From contig JAIVFI010000001.1 of assembly GCA_025558095.1 (NCBI GenBank), forward strand, positions 434,001-498,000: a DNA stretch of 64,000 bases. The letters are read 5' to 3'. Under the pieces are notes generated by a model. It was not told the origin of the DNA, did no database searches, and worked only from the letters and a program-made list of their open reading frames with translations. The DNA is from Hyaloraphidium curvatum SAG 235-1. Taxonomy: Eukaryota > Fungi > Monoblepharomycota. Shown here piece by piece: positions 21,430 through 31,607 of this stretch; the stretch's first letter is position 1, and the number at the start of each line of letters is the position of its first letter. A program made the translations under genes and the position numbers.

Positions 21430-22050
21430 TCACAACCTCGGCCCGCGGTCTGCCAATTTCGCCAGGTCCACGCGCGAGAAAGTGGCCCGTGCCGTCGCCA
21501 CCGGCTTGGGCTCCGCCTTGCCCTCCACCTTCCACGAGATATAGTCATCCAGGGGCATCAGCGACGCCGACACGTCCACGTCCCTGGGTTTCTCCCCCGC
21601 GAGCAGCCCCCTAAGGCCCGGAATCTCTATCCGCACCGCAAAAATGCCCGGCACGCTCCCAGGCCTCCGGAACGAGACGTCCATCCTCTTGGTCACGTTT
21701 CCCTGTTGCGGATCGTCCCCGGCCAACGCGCCCGCGGCCCGCAGCGCGAAATCGATCCCGATGTCGAAGGCGAGGAAGGTCGCTGCGCCGTGTAGAAGCG
21801 CCGGCGTCTGCCCGCACATGCCGCCGCCGTAGTCGATGATCCACACGGCGTGCGGGTCGGGCGTGTGCAGAAGCGAGAAGAAGGCGCCGCCGGCGAGGCC
21901 GTCGCTGGAAGTGAGGCGCGATTCGAGGCTGCCGGGCAGGCGGAGCGCCGAGTACGCGTCGGAGGTGGAAAAGAGCTGCAGGCCGCGGGCATCGCGGAGC
22001 AGCAGGAGGAGGCGGGCGTCGAAACGCGTGGAAATCGCTTCGGGAGACAT
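21430..22050 (-). CDS. HotDog-fold thioesterase (PaaI/THEM4-like)
   Basis: LLHGAATFLAFD, TKRMDVSFRRP, VATARATF. Confidence 0.7.
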   Translation of the reverse strand: MSPEAISTRFDARLLLLLRDARGLQLFSTSDAYSALRLPGSLESRLTSSDGLAGGAFFSLLHTPDPHAVWIIDYGGGMCGQTPALLHGAATFLAFDIGIDFALRAAGALAGDDPQQGNVTKRMDVSFRRPGSVPGIFAVRIEIPGLRGLLAGEKPRDVDVSASLMPLDDYISWKVEGKAEPKPVATARATFSRVDLAKLADRGPRL

Positions 22051-22200
22051 CGCTGGTTTGGACGGATGTCGAGACGCGTGCAGGATCGACCCGTAAGATA
22101 GGCAACAAATAGTTGGAATTGCTGAAGCAGCAGACTACGGCGAAAGGCCACTACGGCGTCGCCCCAACTCGACCGGATCCCTGCCCGCGGCCAGCCCGGC

Positions 22201-22312
22201 CCAACCGTCCCCGCCTTGCGACCTGGCATCGCCCACTCGCCCACCAAGCCGCCTCCGCCCGCCGCAGCATCGCATCCGCCGCCGGGTACGCGACGACGGC
22301 GAATCGCAGATG
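22201..22312 (-). repeat. Direct-repeat copy of 26201-26305 (gene-tail fragment)
   Basis: Core gccgcctccgcccgccgcagcatcgcatccgccgccgggtacgc.acgacggcgaat is near-identical at both sites; it encodes FAVVAYPAADAMLRRAEAAW on the minus strand. Confidence 0.85.
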
Positions 22313-22711
22313 GAGCATGACATGGGATTCGAGAGCTCGAGCCTCCTCGCTCTGCCACTGCCCGGCCGCACCTATGCAAGGAATCAACCAGCTCAAGTCA
22401 TCTCTGAAGCAAACTCCAGTAGCCAAGAAGCAAGAAAAAGGTGCTGAGCATATCCCATTTCGTTTTGAATACCAAACTTGGGTACGCGGACGAGCAGCGA
22501 CTGCACCAGGTTCTCTGAAACTACCTTTCCAGGGAGACGGCCATGAGTAACTACGAAAGAAAGTGTCGATGTGTAGATGAAACGGATTGGGCCAAACTTA
22601 TCTGCCACTCAAAGCCTGGAAATGGAGAAGGAATGGTTCCGCGGAAGGGTCGGTCGGGGGCTGGGTATGGCGCAGCGTCAGGTGGTCAAGCACGTTCCCC
22701 CCCCTCCGGCG

Positions 22712-25700
22712 ATGGCCCGGTGGCGCCCCCTCCTCGCGGCCATCGTGCTGCTTCCCTTCTCGCTCGCCCAGTATGTCCCTGGCGAGCTGTGCTGCCCGGG
22801 GTGCGCCTACTCCAATGCCCTGAACTGCTGCTGCGACCCGTCGCGGCCGCTCACGGCGGTGACTTCCACGGCCGTCACGACCGCGGCCGTGACGTCGACG
22901 ACGACACTCGTCTCGACCGTGCGGAGTTTCACGTCGACGACGACGCGGACGGTGACGGTCGCGGGCGACACCGCCCTGCTCAGGCTCGGGATGCTCGTTA
23001 GCGAGGGCGTGAGAGTGCCGCTGCCCGGCTCGGACCCGCCGGACGCGGGTGGGACGTCTACGGATGATTTTCTGTCGTCGGGGCGGTTCGGCATCGCCGG
23101 GGACAGGCTGGGGGGAGCCCGGGCGCCACCGCTGGAACGGGCGGTGACCCGGGAACGGAACGCCCGCCCGATACCCCTCCTCCGCAGTGGTCGCTGAAGG
23201 AGCTGCGCATCGGCTCGCTCGAAAGGGACAGACTGGGGATGAAGCGCCGCACCCTGAACGTGACATCTCTCGGGGCGCTGGCCGAAGGACCCCCGCCCGC
23301 ATCTGCCGACGGCCCCCGGCTCCAGCGCAGGCACCTGTGCGTCGACTGCCCCGACGACTTGGTCCTCGGCGCCTACCGGATGTTCTACGGCCGCACGGGC
23401 CGGGCGCGGCAGTCGGGCAGCGACGCGGTGGCGTGCTGCCCGGGGCGATCGACGACCACTGTGACCTCGACCGTGGTGGTCTTGGACCTGGCGACGGCGA
23501 CGCGGACCACCACGCTCGCGGGCGTGCGGACCACCTTTGTCACGGTGGTCCGGACCGCGACGTCGCGGAGCAGGACGACGTCAGCCACCAGGACGACGTC
23601 GACCTCGCGCACGCTGAGGACGGTTACGCAGCCCAACGTCATCGTGGGTCGTCCCTCTGCTGTGGGAAACTGATTCACCCTCGATTACTAACGTCTGACG
23701 CCTCCCGGGTCGCTTTGTGACAGACCCAGGTGCTCGCCGGCCGCGCCTTCTTCGACGTCAACGAGGACGGCGTTTACGATCCCGAGGTCGACATCCCCTA
23801 CGCCAACCAGCCCCTCGCCTTCCTCACCGGCCCCTCCGACCCCCCAGCCGACGAGGCCGGCACGACATTGACCGACGCCGAGGGGCTGTTCTCCGCCAGC
23901 GTCGCGGTCGCCCCCGACGCGTTCGTGTCGATCGCGCCGGCGGGGGACACGGGGAAGCCGTTCATGACCCTACAGGCGGATGCCAACGGGGTGGTGCCTG
24001 ACGGTGACCAGATTGAGCTGCCGGTGCCCGTGACGACGGTGCGTCGATCGGAGGTTTAAGGCGTGCAGGCCGTCGTCAGCTTACGTGCCATGTTGTCCCG
24101 CAGACCACGACCCCGTTCACCGCCACCACCAGCCCCACTGCCTCCAGCACGCTGACGACGTCGCGCACATCTACGATCTCGCTGACGCAGAGCCCGACCG
24201 CCTCGGTTACCCGGACGGCCACCGCAACGACCGGCACAGGGTCGACCACCACCACCTTGACCTCCGTGACGACCTCGTCCAGCCGGACAACAACCTTCGC
24301 TTCGATCACAATCTCCTCAGGTCTCCCCGTCTTTGTTGCCTGCCCCAACCTGCCCGCCTCGCAGGATGGCCGCTGCGGCGCCGACCCGGGCACCCGCTGC
24401 ACCGCCAACATCTGCTGCAGCTCCTCTGGTTTCTGCGAGGACGACGGCGGGGACAGCGGCGCCGCGTGGTGCGGGACGGGTTGCCAGCGGGGTTACGGAA
24501 AATGCTGGGCCAACGTCACCGACACCGACGGCTTCTCGTGCCCGACCTACACGCGGACCACGTCCGCCACTCGCACCACGCTGACGGACCTCACGACCAC
24601 CTTTGCCTCCATCACCCTCTCCTCGGGCACGCCCGTGTTTGTCCCCTGCCCCAACTATCCCTCCTGGACCGCATTGCCTCCCGAAGGATCCTACTCCGGG
24701 GACATGTGCGGGCCCCTACAGGGAATGGCCTGCCCAACGAACCTCTGCTGTGGGTCCCCGCCCGATGCCGTTGCCGATCCCGTAATCCTGTGTCCCCGCA
24801 GGTGCACGCAACGGGGCATGTCAGAACGACGGCGGCCAGGACGGCGAGGGATGGTGCGGGTCCCTGTGCCAGCGCGGTTGGGGAAAATGCTGGGCCAACG
24901 TCACCGATCCCGAGAGGTACTCGTGCACCCCCTGGACGACGAGGACGACGACGTCCACGCAGACGACGACGTTCGCTTCCATCACCTTTTCGGTGGTCAC
25001 CCCGGGGTTCGGAATCCCCGTGTTTGTGCCCTGCCCGAACGTACCGGGCAACAACGGCACGTCGCGGTGCGGCGTGGGGTTCGGCGTCGCGTGCACGAAC
25101 GAACTTTGCTGCTCCTCCGGTGGGTGTTTCGGACTGGGAGAAGGGACCGACGGAACCACCGCTCACGGCCCGGTTTGCTTCCAGGCGGGTTTTGCCAGGA
25201 CGACGGCGGCAACAACGGCGCGGCATGGTGCGATGCTGGCTGCCAGCGCGGCTACGGCAAATGCTGGGCCAATGTGACCGACCCGGACAACTACCCGTGT
25301 CCGCTTTTCACGAAGACGAGGTCGACGACGACTTCGGAGACCAGGACGACCTCCATTACCACGACGCCCTTCGTCCCCATAACTACTTCAAGCGGGGTAC
25401 CTGTCTTCCTCCCCTGCCCGGACGTGCCGGTGAGCACCACAAACAAGTGCGGGGACAACTTGGTGAGTTCGGGGCCAGGCGTTGCGTTCGCCGGCCTGCT
25501 CACCTTTGTGGCTCGCATAGTACCAGCGTTGCCCGGACGGGCTCTGCTGCTCCTCGGCAAACAACTGTCAGAACGACGGCGGAGACAACGGTGCCGCGTG
25601 GTGCGGTGCCGGGTGCCAGCGCGGTTACGGCAAGTGCTGGGCAAACGTGTCCGACCCCGAGAACTTTGCGTGCCCGCAAATCGCCACCTACACCCAATGC

Positions 25701-25937
25701 CCGCGGCCTTTCTACATCTGCCTCACCTTCATTGCCTTCGTGCACGTCGAGAACGGGGCGACCATCCGCACCTGCGAGGCTTTCTGCGACCGCACCTCGG
25801 GCTGCAACTCTGCGACGCTCGAGAACGGGTGCTGGGCCGTCAATGCGTCCCAGTGTGCGCGGGCGGTCCCCAGCACCGGGAGCGGGCAGTCGTTCAAGGG
25901 GGACGGCTTCTGCTTGCCGTGCACCGCTGGCTGTTAG
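22712..25937 (+). CDS. Secreted multi-exon protein: Thr-rich region, SdrD-B-like domain and four CBM18 (hevein) chitin-binding modules
   Basis: Signal MARWRPLLAAIVLLPFSLA; AFFDVNEDGVYDPEVD..TDAEGLF; four RCG...C....CCS..G.C.DDGG..GA.WC..GCQ.GYGKCW units at ~24360, ~24700, ~25060 and ~25440, separated by Thr linkers and introns. Exact exon boundaries are approximate. Confidence 0.85.
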
Positions 25938-26152
25938 CTTTGACCACAATGCATGCACTTGGCTCGGTAATGTACCTCTGCGGGACCTGGGTCCGAGTTC
26001 ACAGCCCGCGGGAGTGCGAGGGGGGGTGCGACCGAAGGGCGGGGACCACCAACGACTGCTTCTACGGCAGCGTGAACGTCGTACAGATTCAGGAGCACAA
26101 AGGCAAGGAGCAGCAGAGTTGGCACCGGTCGCTGCGCCATCACCCGTCTATA

Positions 26153-26629
26153 TCACTCGTTGCAGTCGCCGCTCACTCCCCCTCCCGTCGCTCTACCTCT
26201 CCACCCGGTGGCCGGCTTGGGACCCGGCAGCGCCCGCCACGCCGCCTCCGCCCGCCGCAGCATCGCATCCGCCGCCGGGTACGCAACGACGGCGAATGCG
26301 CAGACATGCGGTGCGAAAGCAAAGTACCCCGGCGCGGTTGGGAGCTGCGACGGGTTGCGGGGGAAGTGCGCCGCGGTCCTGGGCAGCCGCGGGGCCAGAG
26401 GCTCCGCGAGCAGGCCCGAGACGTGGCTCGACGATCGGATCCAGCGGCTCAAGTGCCGCACGATGACGTAGGAGCCCGCGGCATGGGCGGCGAGCAACGT
26501 GCACGCCACGGCGAAGGCCTCGCGGCGGGAGGCGGGAGGAACGAAAGGTCCCAGGGCGGCGCCGAAGAGTCTGAAGGCGACGCACGCGCAGTCGAGGAAG
26601 AGCGCCGCGGCCAGGAACGCGGCGGCCAC
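26153..26629 (-). pseudogene. Hydrophobic ORF, probably the 3' part of a membrane-protein gene
   Basis: Coding-like hydrophobic frame with no ATG start and stops upstream; its tail is duplicated at 22201-22312. Confidence 0.4.
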
Positions 26630-27319
26630 CGGGCGGCCGCTGAAGCTCGTGGTGTGCTCAACAACTCTCTGCGCACGTGCTCAATAACTGCTCGCCTCGC
26701 CAATGTTCCTCCTGCTCTATGCGCTACTACTACATGTGCTCAATCTTTCGTGCGCCGCCTAGAGGTCCCGCCGCGCTCACTCGATGGTCCACGCTCGTCC
26801 GACCTGTTGCTCCTCCTAGCCTTGCGCCACGCTCTTTCGCGCATCCACACTCTCCGCCCGTCGGCTCCACTCCACTCGTCTGCCATCATCTACTAAGCTT
26901 GCTCCAGACCGCTATTCTCTCCCCCGGTGACGCTGACCGCCGCGAGACCAACGCCTCCCGGTCCCGCGGTCCCAGTTCCCCCGAGACCCCTTGCCGCTTG
27001 CACGTCAGGACCGCAATCTATCCCGAAAAGGCTATGCTCGACGTTATTTTTAGGCTTTGATCGATCTCGGGCATTTGCCCCGGACGCCGCGTCAGCCGAT
27101 CGCGGCCGCTCCCTCCCGCTCGCTGCCCCACACGCACATCCCTCCCGCCCTACAGCCCGCCAGCGCCGGCCCGCTCGCCGCCTTCAAGAACACGCCCGCG
27201 AGACCCGACCTCCAGGCCGCAGCGGCCCCGCCGACCCCCAACGCCCGTCAACAACCCCACTCACCTGTTTCCTCCTTTCCACTCCTTCCTCGTCGCCCTT
27301 CACCAACGCCGCGCCAACC

Positions 27320-28217
27320 ATGAACGACGGCAACGCTCAACAGGTCAGTACCCTCTCGCGTGGTCCGGGTCTGGGGTCTTGGTCTACGGGGTCGCCGCCG
27401 CCGAGGTCGGGCTGCCGAGGCGCGCCGGTACGTTCCCCTGCTCCTGGGAGTTTGCGGATCTCCCCCTAGTCGACGCCGGCGTAACGGCGTGGCACCGTCT
27501 GCTGTTGGGGCGGACTGTTTCAGCCCGCGCAGATCGGTTGGCGCACTGCATGATTCCCCATACCAACCCTCCTCCGACCGTAAAACGAACCTCCAGAATG
27601 AAGTCAGCCACGCAACAGGTAGCCCCGCACGTCGCACATGCGGAAGTAATCCCACTTCGTTGACCGCCTACGAGCCCGACCTACTACGACGGCACGGGCG
27701 TGGGTGTCTTGGCCGGCTCGCTCTCCCTCCCCGTGCCCTTGCTCACTCGCGCCCGCCCCTGCAGGCGAGGGTCTCGGCCAAACCGGCCCGCGAGAGCGAC
27801 CTCGAGACGGGCAGACACACCCGCTACGACAACCACCCGATCATGCTGAGCCCGCGTACCCCGGAGCGGAACCGCCGCGAGGAGCGCCGCAAACGCCACC
27901 AGCGTCACTGGAACGAGCAGCTGTTCTGGCCGCCCGACCTCCGGCCCGCGTTCTCGATCCGGCCTTCGCCGCTCCTCAAGCCGCGGCTCTTCATCCTCGG
28001 CTTAGGCGCCCCGCGCAAGTTGGGCCAGCACCCGCCTAAGAGCGCAAGGGTGAGCGCGACGGCGGCTACGCCATGGACGTGGACGGGGAGCTGGACCCGG
28101 CGGGCGTGGGGTAAGGGGTCCGTCAGGGGGATGGCGTCCGGGGGGCGGCGTGGTGCGAGGGGAGGGATCGGGCGAGGGCGGATCGGGAGGTGCCGCGAGC
28201 TGGGCAGGCGGCGATGA
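27320..28217 (+). CDS. Hypothetical spliced or decayed gene
   Basis: ATG...cag|gtcagt donor at ~27344, an intron-like segment at 27700-27764, and coding-like MLSPRTPERNRREERRKRHQRHWNEQLFWPP. No recognisable domain. Confidence 0.3.
27406..27537 (+). repeat. Dispersed non-coding repeat, copy 2 (family A)
   Basis: Aligns with 15490-15610 and partly with 28597-28722. Confidence 0.65.
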
Positions 28218-28596
28218 GACTCTTTGCGGCGCTTGCGGGGACAACTGGACCTCGGCGCTGACCGCTCGGTGGTGAGCGCGGGCTCGACGTCGACTACCTA
28301 GACGGAGGGCGGGATCGGACTCGTCGGCTTCTGCTTCATGGACGTCTGGGGCATCCTAGGCATCGCAGCGGCGGGACACTGACTGTAGCCACGCCAACCT
28401 GGCGCGACTGATCTCGGCTCCTCCGACATAGAACTCTGGCGGTCGACAACGTCGGCTGCCATCACTCTCGACTTCAACCAAGCAACGCCATCAACAACGA
28501 CTTTCGCCTGTACAGGCCGCGGGGAAACGCAGCGGTGTGCGAGGTCCGCCCGGGATCCGCTTCCGCCTGTCCCAATTCGGGGGCGCAAGCCTGAAC

Positions 28597-28722
28597 CCAT
28601 CATGGGAGTTTGGCAGACCTCCTGTTACTGGGCCTTTGTGCTCAGGAGGTAAAGCGTTGACCTCGAGCAACGCGGAACGTTCGCTGTTGGGGCGCGTTGT
28701 TTTCTTCGCGCGCGGACGTCGG
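28597..28722 (+). repeat. Dispersed repeat, degenerate copy 3 (family A)
   Basis: tgggagtttg.c.gA.ctcc and gctgttggggcg..tgttt...cgcgc.ga..tcgg are shared with 27445-27537. Confidence 0.45.
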
Positions 28723-28886
28723 CAACCTGCTTAGATCCAACTTATATCGACCGTGCGCCTCACAATAACGGAGGTAGATAGGCGTCCCCGATCGCCGCGG
28801 GAGTCCAACGGGCACGACGCCTCCGCGGTACGCGAGTTGGCACAGATGGTCAAACACTCGAGCCGGGAACTTCCGAAGTTCGTCAT

Positions 28887-28931
28887 GTTCGTCAGTCAGT
28901 CAGTCAAGGGCTGATTGACTGACTGACGAAC
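28887..28931. repeat. Inverted repeat/hairpin built from (GTCA)n
   Basis: gttcgtcagtcagtcagtca-agggc-tgattgactgactgacgaac forms a 20-bp stem with 1 mismatch. It is preceded by the small palindrome gaactt-ccg-aagttc. Confidence 0.85.
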
Positions 28932-29013
28932 TTCCAAAGCCAAAAGTAGCGGCGCAGGTCCGCGGCTTAGCACAGGAAGAGGACACTTTCGCAACGAGTC
29001 AGACCGTCGCAGA

Positions 29014-30069
29014 ATGGCGTTTCGAAGCCTTGCTGTCAGCGCTCTTGCACTCGTTGCCGTCGCAGTGGCCATCGCGGCCGCGGCCCCCGTCGACCCGAAC
29101 GCAACCGTGGCCAGCGCGGTCGCCGCACCCCGTGACCAGAACGTGACCGTAAGCTCCTCGATGCAACTTTACCGGTTGACGGAATTGACCCGACTCGGTG
29201 TGGGGCGGCACCACGCAGGCGTCCGTTGTCGTGCCGCGGGCGGCTTGCGGAACGAGCGCCGGCAACTTCTGGGCGTCCTGCAGCGGCGTCTCTCTTTCAT
29301 CCGGCGGCGTTCTCTCTGCCCAATGCCGCGGGTGCGACGGTAGAAGTCGCTCTACGTCCATCAATCTCAAGATGGTGGTGCGCAACACACAGGGGCAACT
29401 ATCGTTTCCTGGTACGGGGTTCACGTCGTCGTGCTACTCCATCAGGCTCTCGGGTATGTGTATACCATCGGGAACAGACGGACGGCCCCGCCGACGAACG
29501 CACGCCACCCCAGGGACGTACATGTCTTCCACGTGCAAAGACTCCAGCAGCAGGATCTACACCAGTTCCATCAACCTCAACACAATCATCACCAACTCTT
29601 GCGGCTCCCTTCGGGGCGTCACGGGCTGCACCGCATCCGGCACGAAGTCGTCTCCGACCTGCACCACCGGCCAAACCGGCGGCTTTGCTTACAGCTGTGA
29701 CAGTTTTCAGTTTTCAGCGGCGACCGGCGTACTTCGGGCCTATTGCCGCAAATGCAACGGATCGTATCAGTGGAGCTCGATCACCCTGAATTCGATCTTG
29801 AGCAACAAGCAGGGTCAGTTTTACTTCCCAGGGGCCAGCTTCCTTAACTCGTGCAGCCAAGTGACTCTTTCCGACAGTACGTATCGCTCGGTTTGGATCC
29901 CGCACCCACGTTTCTTACCGCCCATGCAGCAACGCTCAAAGGTACATGCAGGAATTCCGACGGTGCGGCGGTGAATACGATGGTGGGGCTGAATGCCCTC
30001 ATTGGGAATTCGTGCGGCAAACTCGTGGCTGCGTCTGGCTGTTCTCTGTCGGGCTATTCTCCTCCTTAG
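29014..30069 (+). CDS. Secreted tandem cyanovirin-N homology (CVNH) lectin, two domains
   Basis: Signal MAFRSLAVSALALVAVAVAIAAA; GNFWASC...LSAQC...STSINL...NTQGQL...FTSSC...SSINLN..ITNSCGSL, then a second domain GGFAYSC...NKQGQF...FLNSC...LIGNSCGKL. Three introns. Confidence 0.88.
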
Positions 30070-30519
30070 TGACGGTTTTGGTTTGGGCGCTCTCAATTTG
30101 GGCGGGGTTTTTATTGTCGGGACTTCTCATTTACACGCCTGCTGCCGGCAGGCAGCAGACGCGTGGTATGGTCTAAGAGGCCGCAATTGTCACTCGGTGA
30201 TCGTTGGAATTTATCTGAAACGACAAATTCACGTCTGCTTCATGCTCACTGACTCGGTGTCCGGGTGATTGTGAACGTGTGCTGCGTTCGGACAAGGACG
30301 AGCGTGGATGAGAGTGCGCCCGCCAGATGTAGCTCTAAGAATCCGCATAGACCACCCATCACCCAGACATTTCCCAGACGGATTCCCGGCCAGGTTGTGG
30401 CCCCGCCGTGTCCCCAGGCGGTGGCCGCGCCTGCGTCGTCAGTGATCGCCCTTGGCTTTTGTCGTGGGACCGCCCCGTCAGCCATCGCTCGCCCCCGAAG
30501 CCGAAGCGTAGCGCCCAAC

Positions 30520-31388
30520 ATGAACAGCGTTCTCTTCGAACCCGGCATCTTCGACGGCGACCGGACAATACGCCATCGCCAGCCGCGTGGCCGACGTTAC
30601 TTCCTTCGTTTTCGCGCCCGGCGCCCCCGCCGGCCCGAACAGCGCGCTAGCGGGGATCCTCCTGCCCTGGGAAAAGGAGCTGCTCGCGTCCCATCCCCGC
30701 GATTGCGCGATCTGCGGCGCCGGGTGGCTAGAGTCCTCGGCCCAGCCGACGGAGGACCTCGCGTAAGTTCTTCGTCGAGTCGAGGGCGTGCACGTCGGCA
30801 ATGGCCTCCAAGTTTGAGAATCCGGACGCGGTTCTTCTGGAACGGGCGCACGGGGTCGGGAAGATGCGCCTCGCCCAATGGTTCGTGCGCAAGGACCCCA
30901 ACGGCAAGCTCTCCCGGCTCGAAAGCCTGTTCGTGACGGACCTGGAGAACGCAACTTTCGATGGGGGCAAAACCGTCGTGTCGGGCCTGTACAAGGTGGA
31001 GGTGGAGCGTTCCGCAAGCGACCTTCGACCTCGCCCAGCAGCCCTTCGGACGTCGGGTGCGGGAGTGGCTCGCCAGGCTGCCCCTTCTGTGCCTGATCTG
31101 TGGCAAGCCGATTGGGAAATCTGGCCGGCATGCCGCGGCGGCGCATGCGTGCGGCAGGCACGGAAGCTCATGAAGAAGTTCTACGGAGAGCAGGACGAGG
31201 GCGGCTCCGGCTTGACCCGCGGATGCAGCCGCTGCGGGAAGCTCGGACAGAGCGTGACCGGCGGGCGCGGCGATGCGGAAGCCACGATCAGGCGCTGTGG
31301 GCGGTGCAAGTCCACGAGCTACTGCTCCGTCGAGTGCCAGGGAGCCGATTGGCCGTCGCACAAGGACAAGTGCAAGCCGAAGAACTAA
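30520..31388 (+). pseudogene. MYND zinc-finger protein; 5' part apparently frameshifted
   Basis: C-terminal CSRC...RCGRCKSTSYCSVECQGADWPSHKDKC. The upstream coding-like frames (MNSVLFEPGIFD / ATGQYAIASRV...CAICG / RKFFVESRAC) join only through +1 shifts at ~30557 and ~30761. Confidence 0.65.
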
Positions 31389-31607
31389 CAGGCCGCGTGA
31401 CCAGGTTCGCGGCTGTATTCGAAGCAAATCAGCACGAAGGTCCATCAAATTCCGATCCCTCTTTCGACCACATCATGACGTCCGGGCAGACCCGATCTCC
31501 GAGTCCGCACAATTACAAAATTCCATGTTGGTACGGTCCTGTTCCCCTTGATTCCAAAGGTGATTCCTCCAATGCTTTCCTGGTATTTCCCATCCACCAC
31601 GACCCGA

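Noticed and set aside
26650-26745. Three gtgctcaa(c/t) motifs
   Set aside because: Too short and irregularly spaced to support a functional array.
24085-26896. 793-aa and 879-aa ORFs taken as single genes
   Set aside because: They read through introns and switch between real and shadow frames; the real gene is the spliced CBM18 protein ending at 25937.
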